A DNA stretch of 64,000 bases from NCBI GenBank assembly GCA_000320545.1, contig ADNK01003366.1, positions 52,740 through 116,739 on the forward strand, written 5' to 3'. The number at the start of each line of letters is the position of its first letter. The stretch's first letter is position 1. Source of the DNA: Bigelowiella natans CCMP2755 (taxonomy: Eukaryota > Protista > Cercozoa). The notes beneath the pieces were generated by a model. The model saw only the letters and a list, made by a program, of their open reading frames with translations, ran no database searches and was not told the DNA's origin. The position numbers and the translations under genes were made by a program. This document shows positions 42,650-57,389 of the stretch, piece after piece.

Positions 42650-42749
42650 ATTATATGAGAGACTAGGACGGATAATTCAACTCATCGTCTGTATAGTACC
42701 CCGAGGGCCACTATGAAGGGCTTGAAATCGAAGTCTCGATCCCTTTTAG

Positions 42750-42785
<36 letters not shown>

Positions 42786-43496
42786 GAGGAGTAGTACAGT
42801 GGGACTAATGACTTTCATGAGCAACAACCATATTATCACGACATTAAGATTATAAAAGCAAAAATATTGCGGGGGCTAAGAGCTATAACGAGCAGCACAA
42901 GTGGTCAAATAAGTTGTAACAGTTGACGTCACAATCATCCAGAAATACTGGTACTACAACTACTACTACTACTACTACTACTACCACTGTGTTCTTAATT
43001 TGTTCAAAATAAGACGACGTTAGGTAGTGATGTAATACATGCGTCTTAGGGTTCCTTTTCGTCTCAATGTTGGACCAACTGCTTCTACAAAGTTTTTGAA
43101 GGAAACTTGGTCGTTCCTTTAAATGTTATTAAATGATGTGTATTTTCAGACTACTACCACAATGTGACGTCGTAATACAAAGACTTGATATATTCATATG
43201 CTTGACTTACTTTTTCCTCATCATGAGAGATTTGACGATTCGTGCTATCATTTCGATGAGCAAGTGATTGCTTCTCGCTAGCTTATGAACAGCTTCCTGC
43301 AAAAGAATAATAATATATCAGTAGAGCCAAGCATGAGTTGTACAAGTAGAAGTAGTAGTAGTAGTAATCCAGGCTAAACTGATTCGTAAACTGCTACATC
43401 TACTACCCGAAATTATGATCTTCTTCTTGATGTTGTTTGTAATATCTTTTGTGGTGTCGTGTTCGTAACAGGTGCTATGATGTAAATGGCAATCAG

Positions 43497-43532
<36 letters not shown>

Positions 43533-43997
43533 CACCTTAAATGGGGGTAGTATGACTCTATAGGCAGATATGGGTGAGATCTCTGAGGGTGGAGAAGCTT
43601 GATTTCAACAGCAGCAGCAGTAGGAGGAGGAGAGGGAGGAGGAGGAAGAGGAAGAGAAAGGCTTGAGAGAAATAATGATGATGATGATGATAATGACGTC
43701 AAAAGAAAGGTTCTTGATTGATAGCATTAGCTGCTATAATCAGAATTTTTAGGAAATACAAACATACCTATTAATTCTTTAGGAGGAAGGGTTATTCATC
43801 GTTATTATATCTCAACTCAACTAGATGACGACTAAATACTGGATTAATATTGTTATTATTATCATTATTACAGTTGATCTTTGCCGTTTCCATCGTCTTG
43901 ACATCTGATGGACCCCACCCCACACTTTTTGACCCAGTTGACCGAACCTACGAATGAATGAATAAATGAATGAATTCTTGTATCTGATGATAAGCGT

Positions 43998-44037
<40 letters not shown>

Positions 44038-44168
44038 TGTGTATGTAGAGGTTTTGTGTGCATACATACTGCTAGTCGAGGAGCCACCACCAGCACCACC
44101 AAATCAGTACACACCACACAATAACACCCACCGTATCTGAGTGAGGAGAACGTAGAGGATTGGTCTTG

Positions 44169-44204
<36 letters not shown>

Positions 44205-45781
44205 GATTGATCATGATCAGAAGGAACCTGATGATCAAAATATTGTCAATCATAACAATAATAATAATAATATAATGCCCTTTTAGAAGTTGTAGTAGTA
44301 GTAGTAGTAGTAGCAGTAGTAGTATCAACTGACATAATTTTTGGAAATAAAACAATCAGGATGCAAAGGTTTAAGGTAATTAAAACTACAACGATGAATA
44401 GAAGGGAAGATGATGGAAATGATGGAATATGAAGAAGAAGAAGAAGAAGAAGAAGAAGAAGAAGGTGTTGAATGAGAATATGAAAATGATAGTGTGAGAG
44501 GAGAAAGACTAGAGAATGCGAAGATCTTGAAAGAGGACAGTTTTTGTAAATGAAATTAAAAGAACATTGAGTGCACAAGTGTAGAATTTAGCATGCTACT
44601 ATGTCATTGCATGAACATATAATAAACATGGATGTGTATTACATCATTCAATCAAGTCATGTACACCAACAGAAGATGCTTACAAGACAGCTACATGCTG
44701 TTACTCACATCTAGATAGTTTCTTGGAGACATTACTACCTGAAAATACAACAAGTAATTGTGATCATCACATAAAATTTGAATAGAATAATACTCTCAAA
44801 TGTGTTGTCCTCTTCTTTCTCCTCCTTCTCCACCACCAGCACCACCACTAGCACTACTTTCTTCTCACATCAGCATCATCAGCATCATCATCATGATTGG
44901 CCAACATTACTGGATTGTTATCGATGTCATCACTCGTCACATCCCCATCGGCTGCCATGTTTCCATGATGGAGATTCATCATCATTCCTTGGTGTTGCTC
45001 AGTTTCTTTATCATCCATTTTTTGTTGGTTTGGAAGCGCTAGGGAGTCGTCTGTAAACATGAATTTATTTGATGTTAGCAATAATCACGATGATGACAAT
45101 GTGTTACATGGTTTTCCATGCAGTAGCATGTCCTCAACCTTCTTCCTTCATCAATGTGAGTCAGGACTTAATCCTGCTCCTCTGTATGTTACGTTACTAT
45201 CATTGTTATCATTATTATTAGTATCATTATTACCATGTGGCAAAGCTGCCCCAGTCATCAAACCTGCTCCTACCACTGATTTATTTTCCACTATTATGTA
45301 ATAACAGTACATTATTGTAGGAAGAGATACGGGAGGAAGAGGACAAGGAAAAGGAGAAGGAGGAGGAGGAGGAGAGAAAACGAATAAAATGCTTAGCTAT
45401 AATGTCCTTCTATTTCTGGAGGTTTGTTTGAAGGGTGCTGCAGTCGTAGTAGTAGTAGTAGTAGTAGTTGTCGTTGTCGTTGTTGTTCTTGTAATACATG
45501 TATGTATATAAAGGTACATACATATATGTGCTTCATAGTACGTGTGCTCTCGAGGTTATCATTACAGATTGCAGACAAAGTCAACAGTATCATTCCAATT
45601 ACCAATGTTGGCCACTGCTACTTACTATCACTACCAGTATTCTTACCACTTCTTTCTCCCCCAGTGTTATTGCTAAGAAAGACCCCGTATCGACTCGCAA
45701 ATTCCTAATTATATGTTGTGTAAGTAAATATTGCTGGTAAGTAAGCATCAACGATGTGATTCATACCTCCTAATCCGCACA

Positions 45782-45813
<32 letters not shown>

Positions 45814-45972
45814 TCTTAATAATGATCGTTCTTAATGGTAAGAGTTACCTTGAGAACTTGCTCATTTTTATCAAAGTTTTGGTTTCTTATGTAATCCCGA
45901 AAGACTGGGAAAGTTAGTTCCTTTCGGCCCATTTTCCATACATCTAGAACATCGCTCGGTTTCATTGATTCC

Positions 45973-46008
<36 letters not shown>

Positions 46009-47881
46009 AGAAGTAGTAATGTGATGATTCATTATAACTTGCAGATGGCCTACTACTACTACTACGACGACTGCTACTACTACTACGACTACTATTACTA
46101 CTACTCAGATCGATCTGATGTTAGCCTCCTAATTAAAATAAAGTAAGTAGGCATGGGGGTGATGGTGTGCAACCATGTAGTATGTAAACTGTGTGTGTGT
46201 GTGTGGAAAATAGTATGAGGTACCTCGGCACTTAGCGGTAGTTTTTCCATGCTCTTTCATCATCATCATCAACAACATCATCATGATTTAAGTCAGTTAC
46301 CATATACGGGATGTAATATTAGTAGAAGGAATTGTTAGAATTTATTTTGACACAAAAACATAGTAGTAGTGATAGGACGAAGTTCATATTTAGTCCTCTA
46401 TTACTACTAGTAGTACTACAACTACTCGCTCAATCTTATCAGCATCAATGATTCCAGTGCCATCGTTGTCAATCAAATCAAATATCTGTTTTTAGAAAGA
46501 GGGGGGGAAGGAAAGAGGAGCAACAAATTCACAATAAAATCTCGATAATGACGATGATTTTTATCATTAATATAATGGTCACTTGTGTATTTTAATAGTT
46601 GATAAATTAATATTTCGATATGAAGATTGAAGAGGAATTCCACATCATCATCATCATCATCATAAGGTGAGAAAGAAGAAGTTGTTCAAGGAGAATGCTC
46701 GCTACTATTGGACAACATCGTCGTCGTTTTATTCGAATAATAAATGGCTGCTGTTGCTGCTGCTACTGCTGTCAGATTATATCTTACTACTACCACTACC
46801 ACTACCACAGGAGAGGAGGAATTCAATAAAGCACCTCTACATCATCCCTCTGATAGACTTCTCCTCCTTACCCAATTCACTCACACTCACTCACTCACTC
46901 ACATACCATTTGTACTAAATAATCGATTTCAATTCTTGTTGGTATCCTTGCTGCTGCTGCTGCTGCTTCTTCAGAGATAGGGGGCGAGTGCATTGACGAC
47001 GAAGTATTAGTAGGATGTCTCTCTTCTCTACGAAACTCCATCAGTTGCGGCTCCTGTGGAGGATAATCTGCTCATACACACACAACACACACAACACACA
47101 CACATTATCAAATAGTAGTAGTAATAGCAGTACAAATTCTTTCTTATACACAGAAGGGTTATTTTTGTTATTATGATTATTGTTATTATTATCACTATTA
47201 TTATGTGTGTTAGATTGTGCGTGTTGTAACACCAGCTGTGCATTGAGAAAAATAATGATCAATCAATACTGTAGTAACGAAACACACATCATGTCAAACA
47301 GAACCTCTTGATTCAGTGAATTCTGTAGAATTTGTTGCTACTCTCTCTATACGTGTATCATCATCTCCAGACTCTTCCTCAAATTTTATGCCTACGTTTT
47401 AGGAGTAGTAGTAGTAGGAGGAGGAGGAGGAGGAGGAGTAGTAGTAATAGTAGTAGTAGTCGGTTTTAGGAGTAGTAGCAGCAGTAGCAGTACAGAACAC
47501 AGTGGAGGAGGAGGAGGAGGAGGAGGATTATGTCGCATGATCAGAAGCAATAAAGCAAGCATCATGAGCCTATAACAATAATAATAATGCACCATCTGAT
47601 TCTATTAGGGATAGGATTGCTGCTGCCGCTGCTGGTTTTTTTATTTTTTTGTTAAATATCTCTTATGTGTGTTGTTCTAAGACTTGTTAAGGCAGATAGA
47701 CCAGCAATCATACGTTGACATATATTTGTGATCATTAATCTCTGAAGTGACTTTAGATCAATAAGTATGACGTCCTCTGACAACTGCATTAGTGTATGTT
47801 CGTATGCACGTATGTATGTGTTGTACACCTTGATTCTGCTTAGTGCTGCTATTTATCGGACTCCTTGCATAAATTGCACTA

Positions 47882-47919
<38 letters not shown>

Positions 47920-48000
47920 AATACATGCACACAAATCTGCGTATTAATTACGATATTATTTGACTCAAGGAAAGTACATCGAAATCTACCATTTTTCTCC

Positions 48001-48075
<75 letters not shown>

Positions 48076-49698
48076 TACTGAGTCATGTAAATTGTCTCCT
48101 TCATCCTCAGTCTAAACGACTTACGTTGTGCGTGGAGATTCTCCGTACACGCTTATCAGTGCAACAGACCTAGTAGTAGTTGCGGGAATTGATGATGATG
48201 ATGATGATGATGATGACAATGATGAGATGATGATGATGATGCTAAACATGATGATTACGATCATTATGTTAATACAAAAAATGGTGGTGGTGGTGATGGT
48301 CAGGTTTGCCATTCCTATCTTTGTTATTAAACTCAACCAAACGGAACAGAAATATCAATGCAGCAGGTGCAAGCGGATAATAATAGCAGACATAACAACT
48401 GCAGGAAAAAATGTGAAGAATAGAAATTGCCACTATTACTACTAATATTACTACTACAGTTGACGACCTATCATCAGACTGTGCAGCATCAGGGTGGATC
48501 AATTCTGAACGATATTTCAAATGTTGTGTAAACAACTTAGTAGTGGTAGTAGTAGTAGTGCTAATAGTAGTAGTAGTAGTACTAGTAGTAGTAGTAGCAG
48601 TGTGATAATTATGGCAATATGATGATAAGGATGATGTGATATTGAGATCATCGACTAAGGAGGAAGATGAAAATATGAAGATGATGATGATGATGATGAT
48701 AATTAAGATATGATGACAATGTGCATACACAGCTTTCTATATATACTTATATATACGTATATGAGACTAATGTCAGCAAGTACATATCAAATTTATAGTA
48801 ACTTATGATGGATTTGTTACCACCTTTACATGCAGCCTGAAGCATTGGGAAGTATTGATCATAAGCGTCCTAATTTACAGCAGACGACGTGATCAATCAA
48901 TCAATCAATCAATCAAGGAGATGGTGTTTATGATGCTACTGTAATAATACTACACAACAAAACAGGTGGGTGGAAACAAGTGTCATTTATATTTACAGGT
49001 AGTGCTAGTGGGTTATGAAGTTGTGCTGATGCGAGCAAGTATTAGTACTAAAACTAGTAGTGTATAATAATAAATAATAATTGTGCTACCTCATCAGCAA
49101 ATGCTAGATCAATGGCGACATTTTCTTGCAACAATCGAATCGAAATCCTTCGATGCTTCATGAGACTGATAGATGAGTACAAGTAAAATGTACAAGCTGT
49201 TTTTATCCTCGGTGATAAGGCAAATAAGCACACATGTATTTACGTATAATACTACACCTGTAGTACCACTTAGGAAGTACAGAACTACGGCTTAACAGTA
49301 GAGGGAAAGTCTCACATACTCATTTTAGATATAAAATAATATTTTATATATATCATCGTCTGATTTATTTAAATAAATTTTTAAAAATCATCATTCTAAG
49401 ACGATGACGACATCACATCCTCGAACTCACTCCTCAAAACAATCTAAGAGTTGATAATAGTATACTTCTTCCCATTGCCCATCATCATCATCCATCACAT
49501 CACATCACATCACATCACATCACATAAATAATGACAACAACATCATCATAAACAACAACAACAACAACCGTCTGTTTAGAGGCCAATCTGGCACCGGAGA
49601 GTACAACGTGCTCTTTTTCAATTCAAATCTAAGTGGAAGTATCACGTATTATTCCTTGTCAGCATGGCGGGTAGATGACAACAATGACACTATTGATA

Positions 49699-49730
<32 letters not shown>

Positions 49731-50036
49731 GATGATGGTTTTAGAATAATTTTAGCTAGGCTAGTTCATATTCTTCATTTTTGAATCGTTATCCTCAGTG
49801 CCTTCTTCTCCCCCCCTCTTCCTCTTCCCTCTCCCCATCATATTGATCATCCTATCATCTTCATCATCGTCACTTAAGTAACTGTTTGAAATTCTTTGAG
49901 CATGGCTTCCAAGTCAATACCTGAGGAGGAGGGAGGAGGAGGAGGAGGAGGAGGAGGAGGAGGAGGTGATGATGATGATGATGGTGATGATGAGAAGGAG
50001 GAGGTCTTTAAATATGACCATCCCATAATGTACAAT

Positions 50037-50071
<35 letters not shown>

Positions 50072-50589
50072 GTGCATGCATATGATGACCCTTTGTTATG
50101 CAATAGTAAAGTAGTAATATATAGGATACTACTGCTTTACACGTACAGCATCATCAATATTGTAGTGTAAGTAGCAGCAGCAGCAGTAGTAGTAGTCGTA
50201 GTTGTAGTAGCATCATGATGATGATAACAGCGTACGTACGAACCCCGTTGTTTACAGAAACTTTGATCTTTTTCAGTTTTCTTTTGCGAGTCAACCGCAG
50301 CGCATTGACAGATATAGGAGGAGAAGCAGCCTAGAACAGTGAAGTGATGAAGATGGGCATGGTGATGATCATAATCATAAGAATGATGGAAAAGGAGAAG
50401 AAGAGGAAGAATAAAAGGAAGAGAATATTGATGGAAAATGAATTCAGGATTCGAAGTCCAAGATGGAGGATACGTGGGGGTTTGGTGCGTCGTCGAAGAA
50501 ACATCGGTCAGGTGCTTTCTAAAAACCAATTGCTTTCCAATTCATACTTCTGCTTTCATATTTCTTCCTGCAATGACCAGAACGACTAT

Positions 50590-50620
<31 letters not shown>

Positions 50621-50922
50621 GCTACTACTAATTGACTATATATGACGATCACAACTGACTAGCGTGTTTCTTCCTCCTTACATTCGTTTCTTTGACTTTT
50701 TTTCCTCGTTTTCCTCTTCCATATTGATCTTTTTCTCCCTCCTTCTGCTCAACCTCAAAGCTTTCCTCTTCGTTCACTGTATGAATGCTTCTACGAAGAG
50801 TCTCCAACTACCATCATAGCAAGAAAAGACAGTGCTGCATTAGCATAATCATAGCTGATGTATAATCATAAGGTCCTTTTAATTTGAAAATAAAATCAAA
50901 ATCAACACTACAACTATTACTG

Positions 50923-50955
<33 letters not shown>

Positions 50956-51521
50956 TGGTTTTGTCATCGGTGCATGATTTAAAGGTTGCCATCAGAGAAC
51001 GAGTGAGAATAGTCTCAGGAAGTAAATCCAATAACCGACACAAGGTCCCGACAACTACATACATCATCACATAATATAACAGTCATCGTACAACCAACCA
51101 AGAATAATATAGGGTAGTACCAATGCTGCTACACACAATGTCATCGTAGTAGTCACGTAGAAGTTGTAGTAGTAGTAGTAATTATTATAATCGGAACATC
51201 AAGAGTTAGCAGGAAAGGCGGGGGTTATTAATATTCGGTGTTTGTTGAAGACAACAAAACTAATATGAGAAACTTAGTACATAGGCTCTTCTGTACCGAT
51301 GCACAATGATTACAAAGCAACACCATCAACAAGTTGAAAGCACCCCACCTAAACAAATGTCAGTGCCTGGATTTATCGACGCTGCTCCAGTAACCATCTC
51401 AGCAGCCATCTTGTCATGACCATAACGACGACGATGACGACGATGACGATGATACAGAATAACGAACATATCTCTCACAAATATAATGATGATGATCAAT
51501 ACTGGAGACAATGTCATCATC

Positions 51522-51558
<37 letters not shown>

Positions 51559-53006
51559 ACGAATAGTGTTGATAGGGTGTATGATCCGTCTTCAAATAAG
51601 AAATCGTACCTTCTCAATTTCTACAATTTCGTTGTTCTTGTTCTGATAAATCGAAGAATATCCTCGTTACTTCATCAATGGCGTTATGTAGATTAGACAA
51701 GTTGTCATATCATGATCACAATCTCATCATCAACACTATCATCATCAGTATCGTTAGTAGTAGTAGTAGTAGTAGTAGTAGTATGTGCAAACTCCTCCTG
51801 CGGTACATTATGCTTTCCAGGGACTCGAGTCAAACACCTCACGTACTGATATGATCAATTGCGTAATATTGATCAACATGATCATGATGAATTATGCCCA
51901 TACTTTAATGAGACCAACAGAAAATGATGATGATGCAGTATCCCTCGCTTTCTTATTCATGTTGGCAAACTGTTGGCATGTGACATCAACGTACATTGTT
52001 TACAAGTGGTATGAATGTAGTAACAAATTTCGCTGCTACTACTACTACTACTACTACTTTTTCTGCCATTGTAGATAGATAGTACCTTCGGATCATTCTC
52101 GAAAAATTTTGTAATATAATGTCCACACACTTTGATTGCGGTATTCAAGCTTCCAGGAATGGGGATATCACCACGAGCTATAGTAGTAGCATTTTGTAGT
52201 GTGAAAATGATGAAAGAAAGTAATAACACGGCAACCAACGTTATAGTATTAAGAATAGTAGGATGTGGGTATCAGCAGTAGTAGGGAAAGATTGAATGAC
52301 CAAAAACATAACTACTGATTACAAAGGTAATTCAGGGAAGATAATAGAATACAAACAAAGAATTTAATGGCGAAATACGAAGATTTTGTCTCAAATTAAT
52401 AAGCAGTGGAAATAACCATTCATAGCCTCCAGTGTGAAAACTGAAAGATAGTCGCTCCAAGCCTGTCCGAAACCCAACTTAGACAAAATTAATCTCCACT
52501 ACTTTGATGGGAAATACGTACCGAAGCTTGTTTACTTGATTTTGTGAGGTATCGTCTATGAAACAAAAAAATATTGCAAGAAATTAATTGTGCAGCTAGT
52601 ATACCATTTTCAACTTTAGAAACCTTCGTAGATATTGCCTTATCCCATTTTTGCTTTCTTTACACGTGTCCAAGTGTATACAGAACTCATTCCCATCAAC
52701 TTGAACACCTAATCAAAGGATATGAGTACCATCAAGAAAGATAGTGCGTTTACTTTTTATGAGAAATCATAGCTTACGTCTTGATTCTCTGAGCTCCATT
52801 TCATATTTGATAAGTTTAATCTTCTCCTTCGACCCTCCAGAAAGATACGAATTCATGTACTGCTCATGATTCTTGAATGCAATGAGAGCCGTATTTGCCA
52901 CAACATAATACCTTTGCGAGAGTACGTAAGATAATTGATGTTTTACATCATCGAGGATATTCTACCTCGTCTTATTGTCCTCCAAATCGGTGAGGTAACC
53001 CTGCAT
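33224..53006 (-). CDS. Large multi-exon signalling-type protein: N-terminal PH-like region, divergent RhoGAP-like region(s), EF-hand, long low-complexity C-terminal half (could be two genes)
   Basis: ATG 53006: MQGYLTDLEDNKTR|YYVVANTALIAFKNHE...|VFQVDGNEFCIHL...AWSDYL (PH-like). Then DIPIPGSLNTAIKVCGHYITKF (~52085-52180), DICLGGVLST|LCRLLDLLPETILTRSLM (RhoGAP-like, ~50955-51410), IFDLIDNDGTGIIDADKI (EF-hand loop, ~46435-46488), and ..SNHLLIEMIARIV..MMRKK|NDQVSFKNFVEAVGPTLRR (second RhoGAP C-terminal-like motif, ~43040-43298). Large exon ORFs at 40380-40831, 37652-38330, 34110-34490 and 33224-33790. Confidence 0.55.
38505..38625. repeat. Short (TTAGG)n-like run followed by a ~45-bp tandem duplication, intronic
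   Basis: ggttaggttaggttaggttagtttagtttagc, then ttagcttagggggattaattaaacaaagcaaagtaaagcaaagta x2. Confidence 0.85.
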
Positions 53007-53773
53007 TGCTGTATTTTCTCCCCCAGCTCAGTTCTACCCAATTTAAGGGGAATGCTTCTTCTGATTGAGGCTTGAGACCAAATAAAGAGTTGAGGTATAG
53101 AGAATTGGACTATCTTCTTCTGTTCATCGACTCATACATACTTGCTTGCTACTGTCTCTTTTTCTCTCGTTTTTCCTAAGAAGTTTAACCATTGAAAATT
53201 GTTCGATTATTAGGAATTGAAGTGCAGTATTATTCTCCCAGGAAGATTAGAAACATCATAGAGCTTGTGACAAAGAAAAAAGGTTGAAACACCGATGTTT
53301 TATTGTTTCATTTGTAAGTTATGGAAGAAGGAGAAAAGGAGGAATAAGAATATTAGGTTTGACTGAAGGTAGCCAACTAAGACTCTAGGAAATGTACTTG
53401 TAAAAAATGTAACCGTTACGAGTTCATACTATGAAAACAGCCTGTAATCTATGATGACGTCAATCAGTTTCTGTACAATTTTCAAAAGCAAGAAGAAATG
53501 GATGTGTTTTTTTGGACGATCGACATTTCTAGTAGTAAACTACGAGTGGCGCAGATCTGTACGTACGACAACCCCGAAAGGACATTGTTGTGAGAGAATA
53601 CGAGGAGAACTAGGTTTACCGACAGGTAACAACTTCTTCTTTTTCTTCGTTTGTGAGAACATATTTATTTAAGAATGGTCTATATTTCCGTACAACGACA
53701 ATAGAACAGTCCTCAGTGCATCTAAGCACATATAGACACACAGACGACGCGCCTCTGTTCGCTACGGACAGAC
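53007..53773. promoter_or_regulatory. Probable bidirectional promoter region (PH/RhoGAP-like gene and SLC10A7)
   Basis: About 770 bp of microsatellite-free sequence between two divergent start codons. Positional inference only. Confidence 0.5.
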
Positions 53774-54694
53774 ATGGGTGTCGGTGGCAAGCTACTGGAT
53801 GGCAGTACTGAAAGAATTAAATATCTAGCATCACGTGCTAAGAGACAATGGTTTATCATCGGCGTGTGTTTAGCCATCCTCTTTGCTCATCTGGCCCCAT
53901 GGGTTGGGAAGAAGGTGGGCGGCAAAGGAGGAGAAAAAGCCTAGTAGACAAATTGTCGTAATAACTAATATCAAATGCATCGATTTATTTGGGACCTGCT
54001 GCCATGTTTTTCTACTACCAATAAGGGAGGACCTTTGAGGCCAACTATAACTGTCAAATTCGCGGTGGCTTCTATTTTCTTCATCATAGGCCTATCTTTG
54101 AAGATGAGGTTGAAATGTCATTAACGTATGCATTGATACCATCGCTCTGAGCAAAAAAAATGTTGTATCTTTAACAAGGCAACTTAAGGATACGTTATTC
54201 CAATGGAAGATTCATCTCACGGTTGCAACTCTCAACATAAAATTTGATGCTACTCTTTGGACATTATTATCATCATGTTAATAATATAAGACATTAATAC
54301 GAATATCCATCATCATCAACATCATCATTTCTATCACTGGTTCTGATCTACCAAGAGAAGTAGTAATCTAGTAGCTGTGATGGTATATTTATCTTTAAAT
54401 CCTCATAATAGAACAAACTACCCCCCCCTCCCCCCCCCCCGTTGCATTGATTCATCAGGTTCAAGTATTCAGCCTTGTTTTGACACCTCTTTTGATGTGT
54501 ACGGTGGCTAACGGATTGATAAAGCTTGCGACTAGCTCTCTTGATGTAATAAGTCTACATGTGATGAAGGCCACATAGAACAACCTTCTTCACATATTAC
54601 AACAACAGACCTTCTTTTTCAAAGAAATCATCAAAGTGAGAATTGCATGATCAATGCTGAATATATTACAGAATGAGACGCTCTGACATATACT

Positions 54695-54728
<34 letters not shown>

Positions 54729-55039
54729 TTGTTTAATTTATTACGAGTACAGATTGATGGATCGGACTACAAATCCGCGATTTCACTCCTCGATGGTGTG
54801 AAAGTGCTGTCTTGTATGGTAAGTTAATGGCATAACAAATAGTCCCCTCGTATGCTTACTTTATTCATGGTAGTTTTTTCTATCATCTGGGAGATAAGTT
54901 TTGACTGCAATGTCGAGATGAAGTCATTTCAATATGGATGCAAGGACCATGATCAACACAATATTGAATAAACAATACTGATTATTTTCTAGTTGCTCAA
55001 TACGGTATATCTATCCTTCAGTATCATTTGTTCAATTTC

Positions 55040-55122
<83 letters not shown>

Positions 55123-55625
55123 TATGTGTATTATTCAATGCTTGCATATATCATAAGAGATGATATTTAACACACATACCCCCTTATCATTAATGGATAC
55201 ATATATATCTGCTAGTTCTCTTCTTCTCTTTACTATTACTACAACTAATAATAATAATAATAATAATACTCCACCGCCTCCAGTATCAAGTGCTGTAATC
55301 CTAACCAAAGCAGTAGGAGGAAATGAGGCAGCAGCAGTCTTTAACTCGACTCTCGGGTCGTTCGTGGGTATTCTTGTAACTCCGCTATGGTTATTGCAAA
55401 TCACTGGAACAACTGCAGAGGTAGTATGGATAATGATGATGATGAGGAGGAGGAGGAGGATTCTCATGATCATAATGATGATGATGATAGATGGTGATGA
55501 CATTTAGATACTGATAGAAGATAATGATAAATCGGATGCTGATATTAGTATTTACTGTGGCTCATCTACTCTTCTATATACCTAGTGATACTACGAGCTT
55601 GAATGGTGATGCGAAGGCATGCGCT

Positions 55626-55666
<41 letters not shown>

Positions 55667-56854
55667 ATTTATTGTTCTTATTACGACAGGTTCCAATCAT
55701 TGAAATGATGAGTGGGCTTGGTTTACAAATATTACTTCCGATATGCCTTGGACAGGTGGGGGAAGGAGAGCCATCACTATCACTATCCTCCTCCTCATCA
55801 TTATCATCATCACATCGTTATCACCCCTTTCAATGTCACTCTTTCAATAATAGCCTGTTGTTTTCACCAACACTAACAAACTACTAGGTTGTCCGGAATA
55901 TAGTCTTACAAAATCCTGATCAAGTCATACAACGGTTTTCCATCTCTAAGATTAGTAGCGGTCAGTAATGTGATAATAACTCAAGTAATTAGTAGAAGCT
56001 GCTTCAAATATTGCAGACACTACTACACATTCCCTTCATTAGGGGGAAAATAATATTGCAGACACTACTACACATTCCCTTCATTAGGGGGAAAATAATA
56101 TTGCAGACACTACTACACATTCCCTTCATTAGGGGAAATATGATCACGTCGTTGATATTGAAACCTGCATTACTGCTCATCATCATCACCGTCATCATCA
56201 TCATCATCATTATTATCATCATCATCGCTAGTGTGGCTAGAACAACCCACAGCAGTAGTAGAAGTCAGGAGCAGTAGCTTATTAGCCTAAGTACAAACAT
56301 CTATTTAACTAATTTACAATGCAAATTATGTTCATAACTGATAATCATATCGAAAAGGTATCCTTATTCTCATAATCTACACCGTCTTTTGCGAGACTTT
56401 CTCAGGAAATTTTGAGGTCGATTTGACATTAAGAATGAAGTATAGAACATGATTACTTTGTAATTATGTCACAAATCTCAAAAATAAAGCGATTAAATTT
56501 GAGGTTGTTCCAAATTTAAAATTGGAGTGAAATACCTACAAAATTTATATGGCGATGATAGGTTGTTCTGCTGTCGTCGTTCATGCTTACGGATCTTGAT
56601 GCCGCTACTACATATACTACTTCTTCACAGATTGAAATGGAATTTCTTCTAGCTGCAATTGCGCTTCTCTTAATGTCGATGCTAGGATTGATTATACTGG
56701 TTTATTCTCTTGCGACAGCGGCATTCCCTAGCTTGACTAGATCAGATTTGGTAATAACAGTTAACTTTCTGGCATAAATAAAGGGGAGGAAGCTAACAAG
56801 GGATAGAGTAGCGTGGTCTTGATGATGATCGTAGAGTAACATAACATAGTAGTG

Positions 56855-56890
<36 letters not shown>

Positions 56891-57194
56891 ATAGTATCAT
56901 GGAGAAGAAATAAAGTAATTTGATGAGAGATAGAGGGATCCAATCACATCTATTATCATCTTTATCACTTACCTTATCGCCTTTATCGTTGAATGTATTT
57001 TTGTTATTTGTTGCATGTTATCCTGTAGCTCTGTTCTGCATGTTTGCATGTTAATCTGCTCGCTGTTACAATTCCACTACAATCAAGTGTGTATATATTT
57101 CATCGACAAATTCTTTTCAGGTTGCTATCATGTATAGTGCAACACATAAGTCGTTGACACTTGGAATGCCATTGCTCAAGATTCTCTTCGGAGG

Positions 57195-57259
<65 letters not shown>

Positions 57260-57358
57260 TTCTCTTTGATACTGCACACTGTTTATAATTTTTATTCGTA
57301 TTGTATTGTAGAATCGATCATTATACACACACACACACACACACACACAAGCACACAT

Positions 57359-57389
<31 letters not shown>

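Noticed and set aside
56008-56141. 45-bp x3 repeat as a CRISPR array
   Set aside because: Units are contiguous with no unique spacers, lie inside a eukaryotic intron and have no cas genes nearby.
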